64,000 nucleotides of DNA from Spizellomyces punctatus DAOM BR117 (lineage: Eukaryota): the NCBI GenBank assembly GCA_000182565.2, contig KQ257455.1. One strand, 5' to 3'. A program made the position numbers and the translations under genes. Shown here piece by piece: positions 12,503 through 26,671 of this stretch. The notes beneath the pieces were generated by a model. The model was not told the origin of the DNA and ran no database searches. It saw only the letters and a list, made by a program, of their open reading frames with translations. Every line of letters starts with the position of its first letter. Position 1 is the stretch's first letter.

Positions 12503-12798
12503 ATGTAAATCGCTTCAGTCCAGTTACTTAAAACAGTTCGAAAGGGGTGTGGATGTGACGAATGGCGCAAAGAATTTGAGGTTGGCCCGATCGTGAGATC
12601 TGTCGCAGAATGGAGTACGTGTATTTCAGCATACTGTGCCCCCTTCACACTCGGTCGTGACGTCCAATGCCCGATAACTACACAAACGTATATGTATATT
12701 TCTCATATGCATCGCTAATTGTATCACTGTAGGTACATGCAGGAATGCATTATAAACAATATAAATAAATGATCATTAAATACTGCTATTAACCTAAT

Positions 12799-14055
12799 CT
12801 AAGAGATAGTTATCACTCTTGAGGCCGCTTTTCGCAGGCGGTTCATGACGGCAAGCCCTTCTCTCTCTTCGGTGACTCCTTCCACAAGAATAAGTTGGGC
12901 CCCGCGCTCCTCCAACGTACGCAGGCCCTTGAAGAGCTCTCTCGCAACCTTGTCAGCAGTTTCACCCAAATAGAGTTCCATAACTACGCCGCTTGATATA
13001 GCTTCCCTTTTCTCGCTATTATCGCCTTGAGTACAAGGGCGCAAACCGGTCCGCATAATCCCAATTTTTGACTTATCCTCCGATGAGATGAGATGTGTCC
13101 TGGTAAATTCATTGACAGCATTTCGCAACTTTGCTGTGCCAGTGTCAAGCAAAGAAGCTTGTTCAGCAAGCTCAAATAGAATCACCTCAGCTTCGGGGGT
13201 GTAATGACGGTATTTCATTCCCGGAGTTGTTGGTGCTGCCTCCATATCCTTGTCCACAAAATCTCTTCTGTATACTCTGAGTTTCTCCAGTCCAGGCAAG
13301 CTTTTTAACTCCTCAACAGTGATACCACCTGGACGGAGAATTGCAGGAGGTGTAGCAAGTCCATCCAAGACGGTACTTTCGACACCATATCCACATGGCC
13401 CTCCATCCAAAATCAAAGGTACACGCCCTGCCAGATCTGCCAGTACGTGAGACGCTAGAGTAGGCGATGGGCGTCCGCTGGTATTGGCAGAAGGTGCAGC
13501 CAATGGAAATCCACAAGCTTCTATCAATGCACGTGCTATCGGGTGTGAAGGGAACCTTACGGCAACAGTATCGTGCCCTCCAGTCACTGCCAGCGGAACT
13601 TGAGGACCACGGGGGACAAGAATGGTGAGTGGACCTGGCCATGTCCTTGCAATTGCTGCGGTGTAAACCGATGGAATGTGTGGAGACGACAAAGGGAGTA
13701 GAGACTCGAGCATTTTTAAGGAAGAAACGTGAACTATGAGCGGATTATCGCTCGGTCGCCCTTTGGCGCGGAAAATCTTTGCGACAGCGTCTGCATTGAG
13801 GGCGTTGGCACCGAGGCCATAAACCGTCTCTGTTGGAAAAGCAACAACATTGTTTGAGCGCAAGATATCGGCAGCATGCTGGAGGGTGGTTAAGTCAGCT
13901 TGGTACGAGGGCGTTGGTGGGGGATTGAGGACAAGTGGGGAGGCAGGTTCGTAGAGATGGTCATGGGTCGTTGGTTCGGCAGGCTGAGCAGGCCATGGGA
14001 AGGATTGAGGATCTATGGAAAGGCATTCCGTGTCGATCGCAGGTGGCTCTTCCAT
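12799..14055 (-). CDS. SUA5: Threonylcarbamoyl-AMP synthase Sua5
   Basis: VAFPTETVYGLGA, KGRPSDNPLIVH, AAPSAN.SGRPSPT, PGMKYRHY and AVMNRLRKAA. An alternative start exon at 14125 is possible. Confidence 0.95.
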   Translation of the reverse strand: MEEPPAIDTECLSIDPQSFPWPAQPAEPTTHDHLYEPASPLVLNPPPTPSYQADLTTLQHAADILRSNNVVAFPTETVYGLGANALNADAVAKIFRAKGRPSDNPLIVHVSSLKMLESLLPLSSPHIPSVYTAAIARTWPGPLTILVPRGPQVPLAVTGGHDTVAVRFPSHPIARALIEACGFPLAAPSANTSGRPSPTLASHVLADLAGRVPLILDGGPCGYGVESTVLDGLATPPAILRPGGITVEELKSLPGLEKLRVYRRDFVDKDMEAAPTTPGMKYRHYTPEAEVILFELAEQASLLDTGTAKLRNAVNEFTRTHLISSEDKSKIGIMRTGLRPCTQGDNSEKREAISSGVVMELYLGETADKVARELFKGLRTLEERGAQLILVEGVTEEREGLAVMNRLRKAASRVITIS

Positions 14056-14211
14056 GACAATTGCAGGTGGAAAAGCGAGCCAAAGGCAAAGCGATTCCTT
14101 TGCTTACCTGACCTATGGTTGCCATGGAGCTTCAAGTGAGTCACCAGGCAGATGGAAAATCGCTTTGGAACTCGTCTTTGTTTTTGTCCATCTTTTTGGG
14201 AGGCCGTAGCG

Positions 14212-15031
14212 ATGCACAAGTTATACTTTTTCCGAAACCAAATAACATCAAGGGTGCTGGTGAGCCCTGTCTTTAGAATGGACGTGAGTAACAGCTAGAG
14301 TTGGGCGCGCGTTTTCCTTGGTCGGAAGCTCTCCCGCTAACAGTTTTTTCCACCAGTCCGCCATTCTGAGCCAGATTGGCGAACACCGGCCCGGTTTGCG
14401 TATACGTGGAGATCATTGGGTACCATTTGCTGTGTTAACGGGAGTGAAACGACCGGAAACTCTGCAAGCGATTCAGGCACATGTAGTTAAGAAGGTGTCC
14501 AAGGACCCAATCGCATACTACCGACTCCCTCTGCCCGAGACAAAGAGAAATCCGTTCGTTCCCCGCCCCCCACGATCAAAGAACCCTTTTGCACAAAAAG
14601 CACAGAAACCCTTCCAAAGAGTTGATCCGTTGGCGCCATGGACAGTTCCAGAGGATGTAAAAGCCAAAGTCATAGATCTGTGCAAGACGCTCACCTTTAA
14701 TCCAGTGGTAAAAGCAGAAGTTGAGAGCAGTTTGAGTGCGCCACTCATAGGAGAAGCCATAGTAGGAGAGGAGGCAAACACTGAGCACGGTGACTCTGTG
14801 ATCCCATCTGATTATGAGTTGGGACAATATACAATATGGTGGGAGCGGGAACAATACAGATATTTGGTGGAAGAAAGCGCTGAGGGGTTGGTATGGCCGG
14901 AATTTGTGGAACACAGAAAGTTGAAATTGATTAGAAACCGGTATCCGGCTGTGCCCGGGTTCGACGTGAAAGCCCTCGATGATGCGGCTTCCCTGGGAGC
15001 CTCCCAACCCACAAGCACTACTGTAGTATAG
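14212..15031 (+). CDS. MHR1: Mitoribosomal mL67 / Mhr1-like protein
   Basis: MHKLYFFRNQITSRVLVS spliced to ..LRIRGDHWVPFAV.. and YTIWWE, resembling the Mhr1 FRN..QVLYS / LRRD.W motifs. Confidence 0.7.
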
Positions 15032-15249
15032 ATAGAATGTATCCGCATGGCATATATACATGATATATTTCATTTCCCAACTGTCGTCATCCCTTGTGCC
15101 CGCATCAGTTCGGTAGTTCTTTGATGCACCACGGACAGTCGCTTGGGATTGGTAGCTGAGCCATGCATAGCGTCTGGTCTGGGAATCTCTGACCGACGAT
15201 GCACGGAAAAGCGCAGAAGCATGTATAATGGATGGAATCGAGTTCTGTT

Positions 15250-16603
15250 TCAGTGTGAATGCTAACGAAACCAGAATGGTTAGCAGCGATCTCAAGTCCA
15301 ACATCACGGACTGACTCGTACCTCCACTGCCAACAATAAGGGGGAAAATATTCCCCCAAGTAAGCATATTATCTGTGTCAACGACAGCTTTTTGTCGTGC
15401 CCTCCCCCGCCACCCGATCGTCCCTTGCCAGTTACATATATTTCGGGAAGAATGTGGACCGTTGCCACGTAAAGGAATGTCCCCTGTAATGACGTTTCAA
15501 ATGAACAGACGAACCATTGCACATTAAAACAGCACATCGAATACCCACTGCACTGAACAAAAGTAGAATTCCAGTCCACTTGTGCATGATTATAGGATCA
15601 TCTATTCCGTAATTGAAAAGCAGTGTATAGGTCGCGATCGCCGCCAGCGGGGCCGCTAGAGAGAACACCAGCAGATGCTGTCGGACTACTTTGCGAGTAT
15701 GCCCTTCTGCCAAAAGGAACGTGGCAAGACCAAATGCAGACGGCGCTTTATGGAGCATGATCGCCAGGAAGACAATTAGCTCCAGACTTGTCCGGTCTAC
15801 GTCGAGTGTTCAGTCAGGGTTCTATGACCTATGAACTAATAATGGAATGCAAAAGACGCACCTGATGCCGATGCCGCGCCCAAAGCAATACCGTCCGCGG
15901 CTGCATGGACAACCAAGCCGATAGTTGCTGCAGTTTTTGTATTTTTATACGGGGCAACATCCCGAAAGTCGTTGACCGTAACAATATGCGAGGAACTTTT
16001 ATGGCTATGACCGAAATGTCCTGCATTCTCTATCAAGAACATGAAGGCAAACCCAATGGCCAGCGCTGCGCCAATGTATCGATGTGCTTCGAATGCAGAG
16101 TGATCATGGTGATCGGTATGTGCGCTCTGCTCCTCTATGATCTCACCGTTCTCTGCTATTTTGCGAGGGTGCTCCACGTCTTGCTGAGCGCGTCGGGCTA
16201 ATTGCAGTGCACGTCTGCCAGTCGACGTGCGCGGTATTGTTGCATCCCACCAAGAAACAGAGCTTGGGGCCTGTCCGTCCCTTTTTGCCAGTCCTGTTTC
16301 CTGCTTTGAAGATATTATATCTGCCCCTAATTCAGAACTCCTTCTTTCATGTCGAGTTCCCGCTTCGACCGCCGCCGCTCGCTCCTCTGCCAATTGGTTC
16401 TTCAATTGTACCGAATACAGTGTTTCCACTCCCTCTGGCAGAATGACTATGAGTGCTGTTCCCACCAGCATGCCCGAACCAAAGGTCGACACAAGCCGTA
16501 GCCGCTCTTCCGAAAAATGGAACGCGAGCGGTATGTTTCCGGCTAAAAAGGACCCCGACAGCATGGAGAAGGAGAGGATCAATAGCCACAAAAACGAGTC
16601 CAT
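15250..16603 (-). CDS. ATX2: ZIP9/Atx2-type Zn/Mn transporter
   Basis: GLVVHAAADGIALG, IMLHKAPSAFGL, GTFLYVATVH; last exon encodes HSH*. Confidence 0.92.
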
Positions 16604-16946
16604 TGTCGCTTTCTGTACACAGGACCGATCAATGATATATGGAAATGGAAATGCTCGCTGCTCGCAAGGGCGGAGAGGGATCAGAAAATGGGCGAGACGA
16701 GTGACGTTTTACTTTAGGAAAGACCGCTGTTTGTCGTCGTCGTCGATCAGCCCCGCCCTGCAGCGCTTTCATTTGGCCTGAAACGGATTTAATTGTGGCT
16801 TAGACCCATTAGCAAGCAATCTGGACGCGTCCAAGCCAACTCCGCGCCGAAACGACTTTGAGCTTTTCGCTTGGTCTTTCTGCATTTTGGCATCTTGGTC
16901 GGTCATATGTGCTTGATTGGTATAGGATTGTAATGTATTAGTAGCT

Positions 16947-19900
16947 ATGAAGGTATGTATATATGTCATGTTTACCTGGCGAGACTTCCCCGTTCACGTT
17001 GACTAACATGTCCAACAGAACATTTTCACAATCACCGCTCAACAACTTGGGCGAGGGCCGGTACGCTTCGACTGGCAGAAACGCGTTTCCACATATCTGG
17101 CCGTTGTCGGGTGAGTCGATTGGTGAAGTGAGTACAAGTGGGCTTTTGGGTACTCGCTGCTGGGTCTCTGCGGAAAGGATGAATGGACAACTGTGCTCGA
17201 CAGCTGCGTGGAATTGCGTCTGACATTGAATTTATATCATGCTAGAGTGAACAACACTGCCAATATTTATGATCGACATGGGCAGTTTGTGGATAGTGTA
17301 CCGCTCACATCGTACGTAGTATCTACATTCATTGAATGCTTCTGCATCTGCAAGGGTTCTTTCCAATGTTTTATATCATTTTCATAGAGAGTGCACGGGG
17401 CTTGAATGGGCCCCCGATGGCGGTATCTTGGCTATTATTCAAGCCAAGTCAACAAAGGTCCTATTCTGGGACGCAGACAACCGACGGTCGACGGAATCAC
17501 TGGATACAAACATGAAAAACCTACAATTTCTCAAGTGGTCACCAAAAGGAGATCTGGTAAAGTGTCTTGTGAGCAGGTAGTAAAGTGCCTGCTTCTCATC
17601 TTTGTCTCAAACTGAATAGCTAGCTGTGGGAACATCTCGAGGAAACCTGTTGATTTACGATCGAAAGGAGCGAAAGGAAGTTCCCATTATGGGAAAACAT
17701 TCAAAGGCCATTGTCACCGGTTGCTGGAGTTGGGACAATATACTGGCGTGCGGATCTGATGACCGAACGGCAAGTTAATTACCTCAAATTTATAGTTCGC
17801 AGGGTGACTGACGTCGTCTTACAGTTCACACTTTCCAACGCTGATGGTGACACGGTATTTTCAATGGGGCTGACCGGAGAGCCGTCGCAAATGCAGGTTT
17901 GTGGCTCTCTTTGATCATACTTCACAGCAGTGAAAAGTGATACCTCGCATTTCATCTTAGTGGGCAAACATGAAGAATGCCCACGGGAGTCAGGATCCTG
18001 TACTGTCAACCATCATTGCGGACAAAACCCTCTTCATTCACAACGTCAATCACCCGGATTCCCCGGTCGAACTCGCCTTCCAACCTAAATATGGAAGTGT
18101 TGTTTCATACCAGTGGTTCGCTGAAGGCTACGTGCTGGTCGGGTTTTCGACCGGATATCTCATAGTGATATCCACCAGTGAGTATATTTACTTCAGATTT
18201 TGCTCGCTCGACTTTTGAATCGGCTCCTATAACTCGGGAATTTTGGAATAGATGACAATGATATGGGCCAGGAGATATTTTCTACAAGGAACCACAAGGG
18301 ATCACTCAGCCATGTCGCCATCTCAAGCGTATTGGGTAAAGCGGCGTCCTGCGGTGACAATACGATCAAGGTTCACGAGCTTTCAGATCTAAGAGTATGC
18401 AACAAATCGTGGTCGGAACCATCGTACTTCATCTGACGGCGAATAATAATTTCGCATAATTGCAGGATGTTTATGCGGTCGAGACGGTTGAGGATGAAAG
18501 CGCAGTGGATCGGCTACAATGGTCTGATGATGGGCAGTTCCTCACAGTCAGTACCAAGGAGTGGGTGTTTTCTGCCAAGCTGATTGACATGTGGATAGTA
18601 TCTGACATTCGGGCGCACCTAGGGGATCAATTTATACATATTTAGCTCGTATGCCCATGATCGGCGGAGTGTGGAGCACTCTCGTAGTAGGTGGCAGCTG
18701 GGTTTGTCATCCACTTGGCTAGCAAGTTCACGTTTCCTCCTTCCGGATAAGGCACACTTGACAGGCCTTCGAGAGATAACAATTCACGATCAAGCTAAAA
18801 CACAACGAAGCCAAGTACAACGGATGCTAAAGAAAGAACTAGAGATTGAGCCATCAGTTGTTGCATTAGGTGGATCATATGTAAGTGAGAACCCAGGCGT
18901 TTGTTTATCCCAGACGAAGATTGGCTAATCCACTTTACTGGATAGCTAGGTGTGGTGTCGCAAAATCGCGCGGGATTTTACAATGTTAAAAAGGCATTGG
19001 GTAATAGTGCACGAGAAGGAGATGCACTGGAAACCGAGAGTGACGAGCCGCCCGTCATGATAAAGGTACATCCCGGACCCCCTTATGATTCAACCAATGG
19101 TTTTTATGAATATTCAGTGGATCTTGTAGGAATATCAAGGCCCGTTAAAGTCATTCTCAATGAACCCATTTTATGCAGCTGCTCTCCTGTCAGACGGCAG
19201 ACTGGAAGTTCATGCAATTGCCGACGACACCTCAGACCAAGTGAAGGGAGACGAACAACGATTGGACTATCACAGCCTGACTCGGAAATGCAAGCCACCA
19301 TCAGTAGAGGTGCTCGAGAAGATCTTTCCTGAACGGATGGAAGAAAAAAAAGCGGGAGGGGCGGCTACGATTACTTGTACAGCATTGACGCAGGAATGCG
19401 TAATTTATGGGACGTCAATTGGAGACTTAAAATACTACTTGCTGGACGAGTGGGCACTTGTAGGGGAACTGAAACACAAGGTCAGTACTCTGCCTTCGAA
19501 AGTGCAAGATGGCGATATATTGACAGGCTGGTCAATATCTAGAAAGGAATACAAAGCGTATATCCGCAACCACGAGGAGGAACAAAAGTCATCTTCATTG
19601 ATGCGGTGAACGACGGATACCTGACTGACCCCGCTACAAACAGCGTGATGGCAATCCCAAGATGGTCTGGTACGTTTAAAGCTCACTCATTACCGTTTTC
19701 TCAACTGCGGAAAGATTGATATGCTACCGGCCTTTCTTGCAGCCAAGACTCAAGGGGTGCTATGGGAATCCGACTCGCCACCAAGTCGCTCTATATTCAT
19801 CAGCTGGGATGATGCCTACATCACCACGTATGCATATCAACCATTTACGATCAAAGGACCAGTATGCATTGCTTTGGGCGCAACCAAACTGCCTTTTGGA

Positions 19901-22900
19901 CTGAAACCAGTGTTGATGTTGAGCGGCGAGGTTACATGTCAGGTAACAGTTGGATATAGTACTTCCTTTCGTGCTACGAACACTGACATGCCCATATCCA
20001 GACGGTTGCCGGGCGAATTTCAACGGTCCAATTGGCTACACACGAAATAGTGCCAGCCGATCAGTTTATGAAAGATAAACAAAGCGAGCAGGACCAAGGG
20101 AAAGGGCTTCAACTTTATTATACTCTGGGAATGCTCAAAGGTAGCCCGCACTGCAGGTTGAGCTACTCCATTTGGACCGCCATGATAACATCTGTTTTTC
20201 TAGAAATCTGGCCTCTCATTGGGACCGTCAAAGCGCGGAAACCATGGATCATGCTAGCAGAAGCGGCATTGCGTGTTTTGGATTTGAAAACTGCCAAGCG
20301 CATCTACAGACAGGCGTTGGCAGATGCTGGGATGGTCTTTTCGTTGCAGAGACTCGATAATGTGGAGGAAAAGAACTTACTGGCAGGGCATGTGTCGGCT
20401 ATTTTCGGTGATGTGTCGGCTGCACAGGTGAGTACTCTTTTCGACTTCCCGCTGCAAGCATGGCTGAGATTCTCATGGAGACGGTCTGTTTTACGCACCC
20501 TAGGAATACTTTGTTCAAAGCACATATCCAAAGGCTGCTCTTGAACTCAGGCGGGATCTTATGCAATGGGAGCAGGCTCTCACTTTGGCAAACGGTCTCG
20601 CGCCTGAGGAAGTTACTATAATTGCCAAAGAGTACGCACAGCAGCTCGAATTAAACGGTAAGAATTATCTCGGACATGGAAGATAACGACTTGATATTAA
20701 TGCAGGTCCGCAACTAGGCAAGTATTCAGAGGCCTTCGCCATGTATGAGCGCGCACTATCCACATCAGAGCAACATCCGGGCCTCGACGCCGCAAGAGAT
20801 GAGCATCAGATTACCTGCAGTGCCGGTCTTACACGCATGACCTTGCGACTTGGTGATGTTTCGCGGGGAATGAAGATGCTTGCTGAAGCCACGGATAGAC
20901 AGCTTTTACGTGACTGTGGGGCCATATTAGACGTCCTCAAGCAATACGCCGAGGCCGCGAAATGCTACGAGCGTGGTGGCTACTGGGAGAAGGCTGCAGA
21001 GATTTGGATCAAAGGTATATTGGACTTTTGAAATCCATCGCTGTGACCGTGCTAACATGCGCAACGAATCACAGCCAAGAGCTGGAACAGATTGGCAGCC
21101 ATTCTGGATAAAATAACAGCACCGAAAATATTTGCCCAATACGCCAAAGCCAAAGAAGCTGAGAAGGACTACACTGAAGCCGCCCGCGCGTACGAGAAGG
21201 CCAAGGACTACGATAATGTCGTTCGAATTTTCATTGACCATCTTCAAAACATAGAAGGAGCAGTCTCCATAGTACGCAAAACACGGTCCCGCGAGTCTGC
21301 CAAACTTGTATCCAAGTTCTTCCAATCCATAAAAGACTACAAATCTGTCGTCGAGTTTTTTCTCATGGCCGGCATGCGCGAGGAGGCTTTTGAACTTGCT
21401 CAACAGCATGATGTTATGGAACATTTTGCGGAGCTGGTCAAGGATGAAGCTACTCCGGAGATTTTAATCAATATTGCGAGTTACCTCGAGAATAAGAGGC
21501 AATACCTGCTGGCAGGGAAATATCTTTTACAGGCTGGCGACTGTCCTCGAGCTCTGCGGATGTTCTTGCAATGCCCGCCCACGGATGAGGAAAGTATTGA
21601 TATGGCTATTGAGACTGTGGGATTGGCCAAAAGCGATGTACTTACACATCAGCTGATTGATTATCTGATGGGAGAAACGGATGGAATGCCCAAGGTATGC
21701 AGATTGCATCGCTGTTCATGTTTAGCGAGAATCTTATTCTCATTCACGAAACCAGGATGCAAAATACATCTTTAAGCTGTACATGTCGCTTGGACAATAC
21801 CGCGAGGCTGCACGAACTGCCATCATCATCGCGCGGGAAGAGCAAGCGCTCGGTAAGCAGCCCGTCGGCTATCACCTGGTCTTCTGCCATCATCTTCAAC
21901 CTCTCCCTCATCATATTTTCCGGCAGGCAATTATAGAACGGCGCACGATCTTCTCTTTGATAATTACAAACAGCTTAGGGGAACCAAAAACCATGTTCCT
22001 GCAGAGATTGAGCGCATGTTGATGCTCCTGCACAGCTATATTCTAGTAAAGGTAGATTCATTCGAAGTTACCTAGTCACATCCGTTCCCATCTAACCACT
22101 CGTGCGCCACAGACTCTCGTTCGCATCAGCGAACATGAACAAGCAGCTCGAATGCTCATCCGCGTATCAAATAACATTAGCAAATTCCCCGCTCACATGG
22201 TTCAAATCCTCACATCGACTGTTATTGAATGTCATCGTGCTGGATTGAAACGAGGGGCATTTGAGTACGCTGCGATGCTGATGCGCCCAGAGTACAGGAA
22301 TAAGGTGGATGCAAAATACAAGAGAAGAATTGAACAGATTGTTAGGTATGGCTTCTCATAATTTCAGGACGATCACTATCTATGTTACTTACCTACTTGC
22401 ATTAGACGTCCGGAAAAGGACGAGATTGAAGAGTCCTCATCTCCTTGCCCTTACTGCGGGAACAACGTCCCAGACACCGTTCTCGATTGTCTTGAATGCA
22501 AAAACCACATTCCATACTGCATTGTTACAGTACGTCTTGTTCACGGTGCCCATTTTTCTCTGAATTATTTCCTCATCTTGTTATCATATTATCAGGGCCG
22601 ACACATGATCCTTTCAGATTGGACAACCTGTCCATCTTGCAACTTTTCCGCTCTGCACTCCCATTTCACCAACCTCCTCTCAAAATCCCCTTCCTGTCCC
22701 ATGTGTTCCGCATCCATACAACCCAATCAATTGGTCCTTTTACCAGTAGCCGAAGCCAAAATCTCGCTCCAGGGAAAGAAACCGACAACCGACGAAGACA
22801 TTCAGGATGAAAAGGTCGAGAAAAGTACCGAGAGGGAAGCGGGGAGCGGGGAGGAAGCAGCGCTACAACAGGAACAGAACCCCAGTGCGGTTAGAGTGGG

Positions 22901-23030
22901 ACAAGAACAATCTAGGACTTTTCTGAGGCGAAGTAGGGATAGTGTGCGAGTCGTGAAGGGTGGATCTAGTGGACAGCTAGCGGCTGGTACAAACGACGGT
23001 GTGAAGGCGACTGCCGGAATAGTTGTATAG
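16947..23030 (+). CDS. WDR19: Intraflagellar transport protein 144 (WD40 + TPR + C-terminal Cys pairs)
   Basis: [73 protein letters not shown] and [13 protein letters not shown]; many exons. Confidence 0.95.
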
Positions 23031-23159
23031 CATGCATCAAGCACACACAAATAAAAACTGCAACTCCTGACTTGTAATTCAAGAAGGTGAAATCTCGACA
23101 CTAGCTTCTTAATTGTATACTATAAAAAAGTGGACCAGAACCGTCTCCACCAACCGGTC

Positions 23160-23759
23160 TCAATCAGCTTTATAGTCCCCACTCTTTCCACCCGTTTTTT
23201 CAACCACGCGTATATCATGTATCCTAATGCCTTTATCTACAGCCTTACACATATCATAAACCGTACAACATGCGACTGAAACCGCCACGATGGCCTCCAT
23301 TTCCACCCCAGTCTGTCCACGACAGGATACGGTTGCCGCAACATCGACACATTGATTATCATCGTCCAAATCTAGACGGACGTCAATGCGAGATAGAGGT
23401 AGTGGGTGACATAGGGGAATCAATACGCCAGTTTGTTTAGCGGCATGAATTCCTGCAATCTGAGCTACGGTTAAGACGTCTCCCTTCTTCATTGCATTGG
23501 TTTTGACGAGTGAAAAGGCTTCGGCACTCATAAGCACGCGGCCCTTTGCTGTGGCGGTTCGTAAAGTCGCTGTCTTGGAGCTCACGTCCACCATTGTGGC
23601 ACGTCCAGAAGCATCAGTGTGTGTCAACTTTGATGAAGTAGAATGATGGCGCATCGGGATCCTTAAACAGTTTTGCGCGGGCATGATGGGTCGATATGGG
23701 AGTGCTGGAAGCATAGCAGCTGGTCGACCAACTCTTGTACACGGAATGGCATAGGCCAT
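23160..23759 (-). CDS. MOCS1B: Cyclic pyranopterin monophosphate synthase MoaC/MOCS1B (second cistron)
   Basis: LTH.D..G.A.MVDV, KKGDVL, LIPLCH, TGVEMEA, YDMCKAVD and KTGGKSG; N-terminal presequence-like leader. Confidence 0.95.
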   Translation of the reverse strand: MAYAIPCTRVGRPAAMLPALPYRPIMPAQNCLRIPMRHHSTSSKLTHTDASGRATMVDVSSKTATLRTATAKGRVLMSAEAFSLVKTNAMKKGDVLTVAQIAGIHAAKQTGVLIPLCHPLPLSRIDVRLDLDDDNQCVDVAATVSCRGQTGVEMEAIVAVSVACCTVYDMCKAVDKGIRIHDIRVVEKTGGKSGDYKAD

Positions 23760-23863
23760 AGTGCTGCCAGCTGCGACGCGGAAGACGGTGCGTTAGTGAT
23801 CATTACACCGCCCGTTGCCACGAGCTATTTGGAGTGCGCAACTTACCTATGTATACAAGGTTT

Positions 23864-25535
23864 TCAACCTCCAATAAGCGTCATGGGACGATTGGGCATA
23901 TTCTTCAACTCGAACATACCTGCATGCTGCTTCTTCTTTCGTTTCACTGCAGATCGGGTGCAGAACATGAGCAACGATTACGCCAGATCTGAGAGACTGT
24001 GTCAACACTCACCTGCAGCACCAATGACATCCAACAATTTGTCATCTTGCGCACCGCTTCTCATTGCGTCACGCAGGTTGACTTCGGCATTACCAAATAG
24101 GCACACCTATGATAAAGAGAGCGCTAAGGACCCAGTTCAAACATAATGTAATGGACGTCTACACTGACCTTCAAGTTGCCATCAGCCAATAGCCGTAGTC
24201 GATTACAGGAACCGCAGAAATGCTCACTCATCGAGGTGATGAATCCGAATTTGCCGCTGAAACCAGGCACTGCATATGCCTACAAAAGTGCCTGAGCGGA
24301 AAGTTATGCAAAAAATAGTCAGTCGGAAGTCTCTTACTTTTGATGTATCGTTTGCGTCATCAGTAAGTTTGATGACATCTGGGTATGTTTCTTTGATGCG
24401 CGCCAGCATGTTTTTGTATGAGACAAACTTGGCCTCATTCCATTTGTTACCTGCCAAGGCAAAACAGGTAAGGATGCGATCGTCTCAACAAGCACTTCAC
24501 AATGCAGCATACCATCAAACGGCATATATTCGATAAAGCGAACGTTGATTGGCATGTCCTTGGTCAGCTCAACAAAGCGCACCACTTCATAATCGTTTAC
24601 ATTTTTGATAACAACTGCATTAAGTTTGACTGCGTCAAAGCCAGCCGACACAGCGCCCGTGATCGAATCCATAACGTTCTGAAAACCTTTCATCGTTGCA
24701 ACTTATGCGTTAATAAATAGCCAAAGCGGGCTTAAACCGCTTCTTGCTTACCACGCCGCCTAGTCATTAATTCAAACTTGAATACATCCAGCGTATCCAG
24801 GCTAATGTTGAGCTGATCCAAACCAGCCTCTCGGAGAGCAGGAAGCTTTCGCTTCAGTGCCAGGCCATTTGTGGTCATTCCAATGGTTTTCAGCCCGATG
24901 GACCGTAGATCGTTCAAGCCCGCTAGCGGAAATGCGGTTTTGTTAAGATGGTTCTCAGCTGACAAAATGAATGAGCTTACCAATGATGTCCATCAGATCC
25001 TTTCTGATAGTCGGTTCACCGCCTGTCAATCGGATTTTTGTTACACCCTCCGTCACAAAGAGTTTTGCAAGTCTGAGTACTTCTGGAGTGCTCAAGATAT
25101 GATCCTTTGGACTTAAGGGAACTCCTTCGGCCGGCATGCAGTATGTGCCTGGTAACGAGATACGTTAGCCATTGAAAACCAACTTTTGTGTATGCGTTCC
25201 CTACATCTTAAATTGCACTTTTCAGTCAGACTTATTCGTAGGTAACTGTGCTGACGCCCGAACGTGTCTGTCAACTGAGGAAAAGGGCGGGTTGCCTCAA
25301 TTGCGGCCAGTTTCTCTCTGACATGCAACTTGCGTCGTTCTTGGGTGGTCGGGACAGCTTGCTCGGGCAACGCCGCCGCGGCGGCTGCACTATATGAACG
25401 TTTGCTAGTACTCCGGCATTCGGCCGTCAGTAGCCGCTTGAAAGCCAATAATTATCAGCTCATGGCGCATAACCAAACACCAAGCCCAAGAATGGGGCCA
25501 TACTTTGGCCGACCTACCTTCAACGAAAATCTCAT
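23864..25535 (-). CDS. MOCS1A: GTP 3',8-cyclase MoaA/MOCS1A (radical SAM)
   Basis: MRFSLK|RLL presequence, [42 protein letters not shown] and C-terminal RPMTLIGG*. Confidence 0.95.
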
Positions 25536-25939
25536 GTTCGTTCTTGAAGAGCAAAGCTGGAGAAATGCTTGCCATTTCACGACCCAAAGTATGCCCCATC
25601 CGATCGCGTGGCGCAGTGCAGCGATAACTCGCAAGTGCAGAGATAGGAATCCTCCATGAAATACCCAATCAAAGCCAGAAAACTTCAAGAATTGGATATG
25701 CAAGACAGCCAACATTTGATAACTTTCATCATCTTCGTTAAAAACAAAACCAATAGCAAAGAGCATTGGAAAACGTTGGTGACAACAGAAATTTTAAGAA
25801 TCCATGTATTTGCAAGGGACTATTACAGAGACCAGGCCCCATTCTCCACGATCCCTCCAAAACCCCAACAGGTTTAGACCAGCATACTGAAACGCATGTG
25901 GAGCATAGGTACGGATGAGCTGCGATGGGTGAAAGGAGC

Positions 25940-26548
<609 letters not shown>

Positions 26549-26671
26549 CTTTCAATTGACGTAGGACGTGGAATCGGCAGAGGAAGGAAAGAAAAACCTC
26601 GTCGTCGTTGTCGCTCTGCTCCTCATCCCACCAGCCGTCGTGGCGAGGAGAGAAAATTGAAATGCCGCGCG

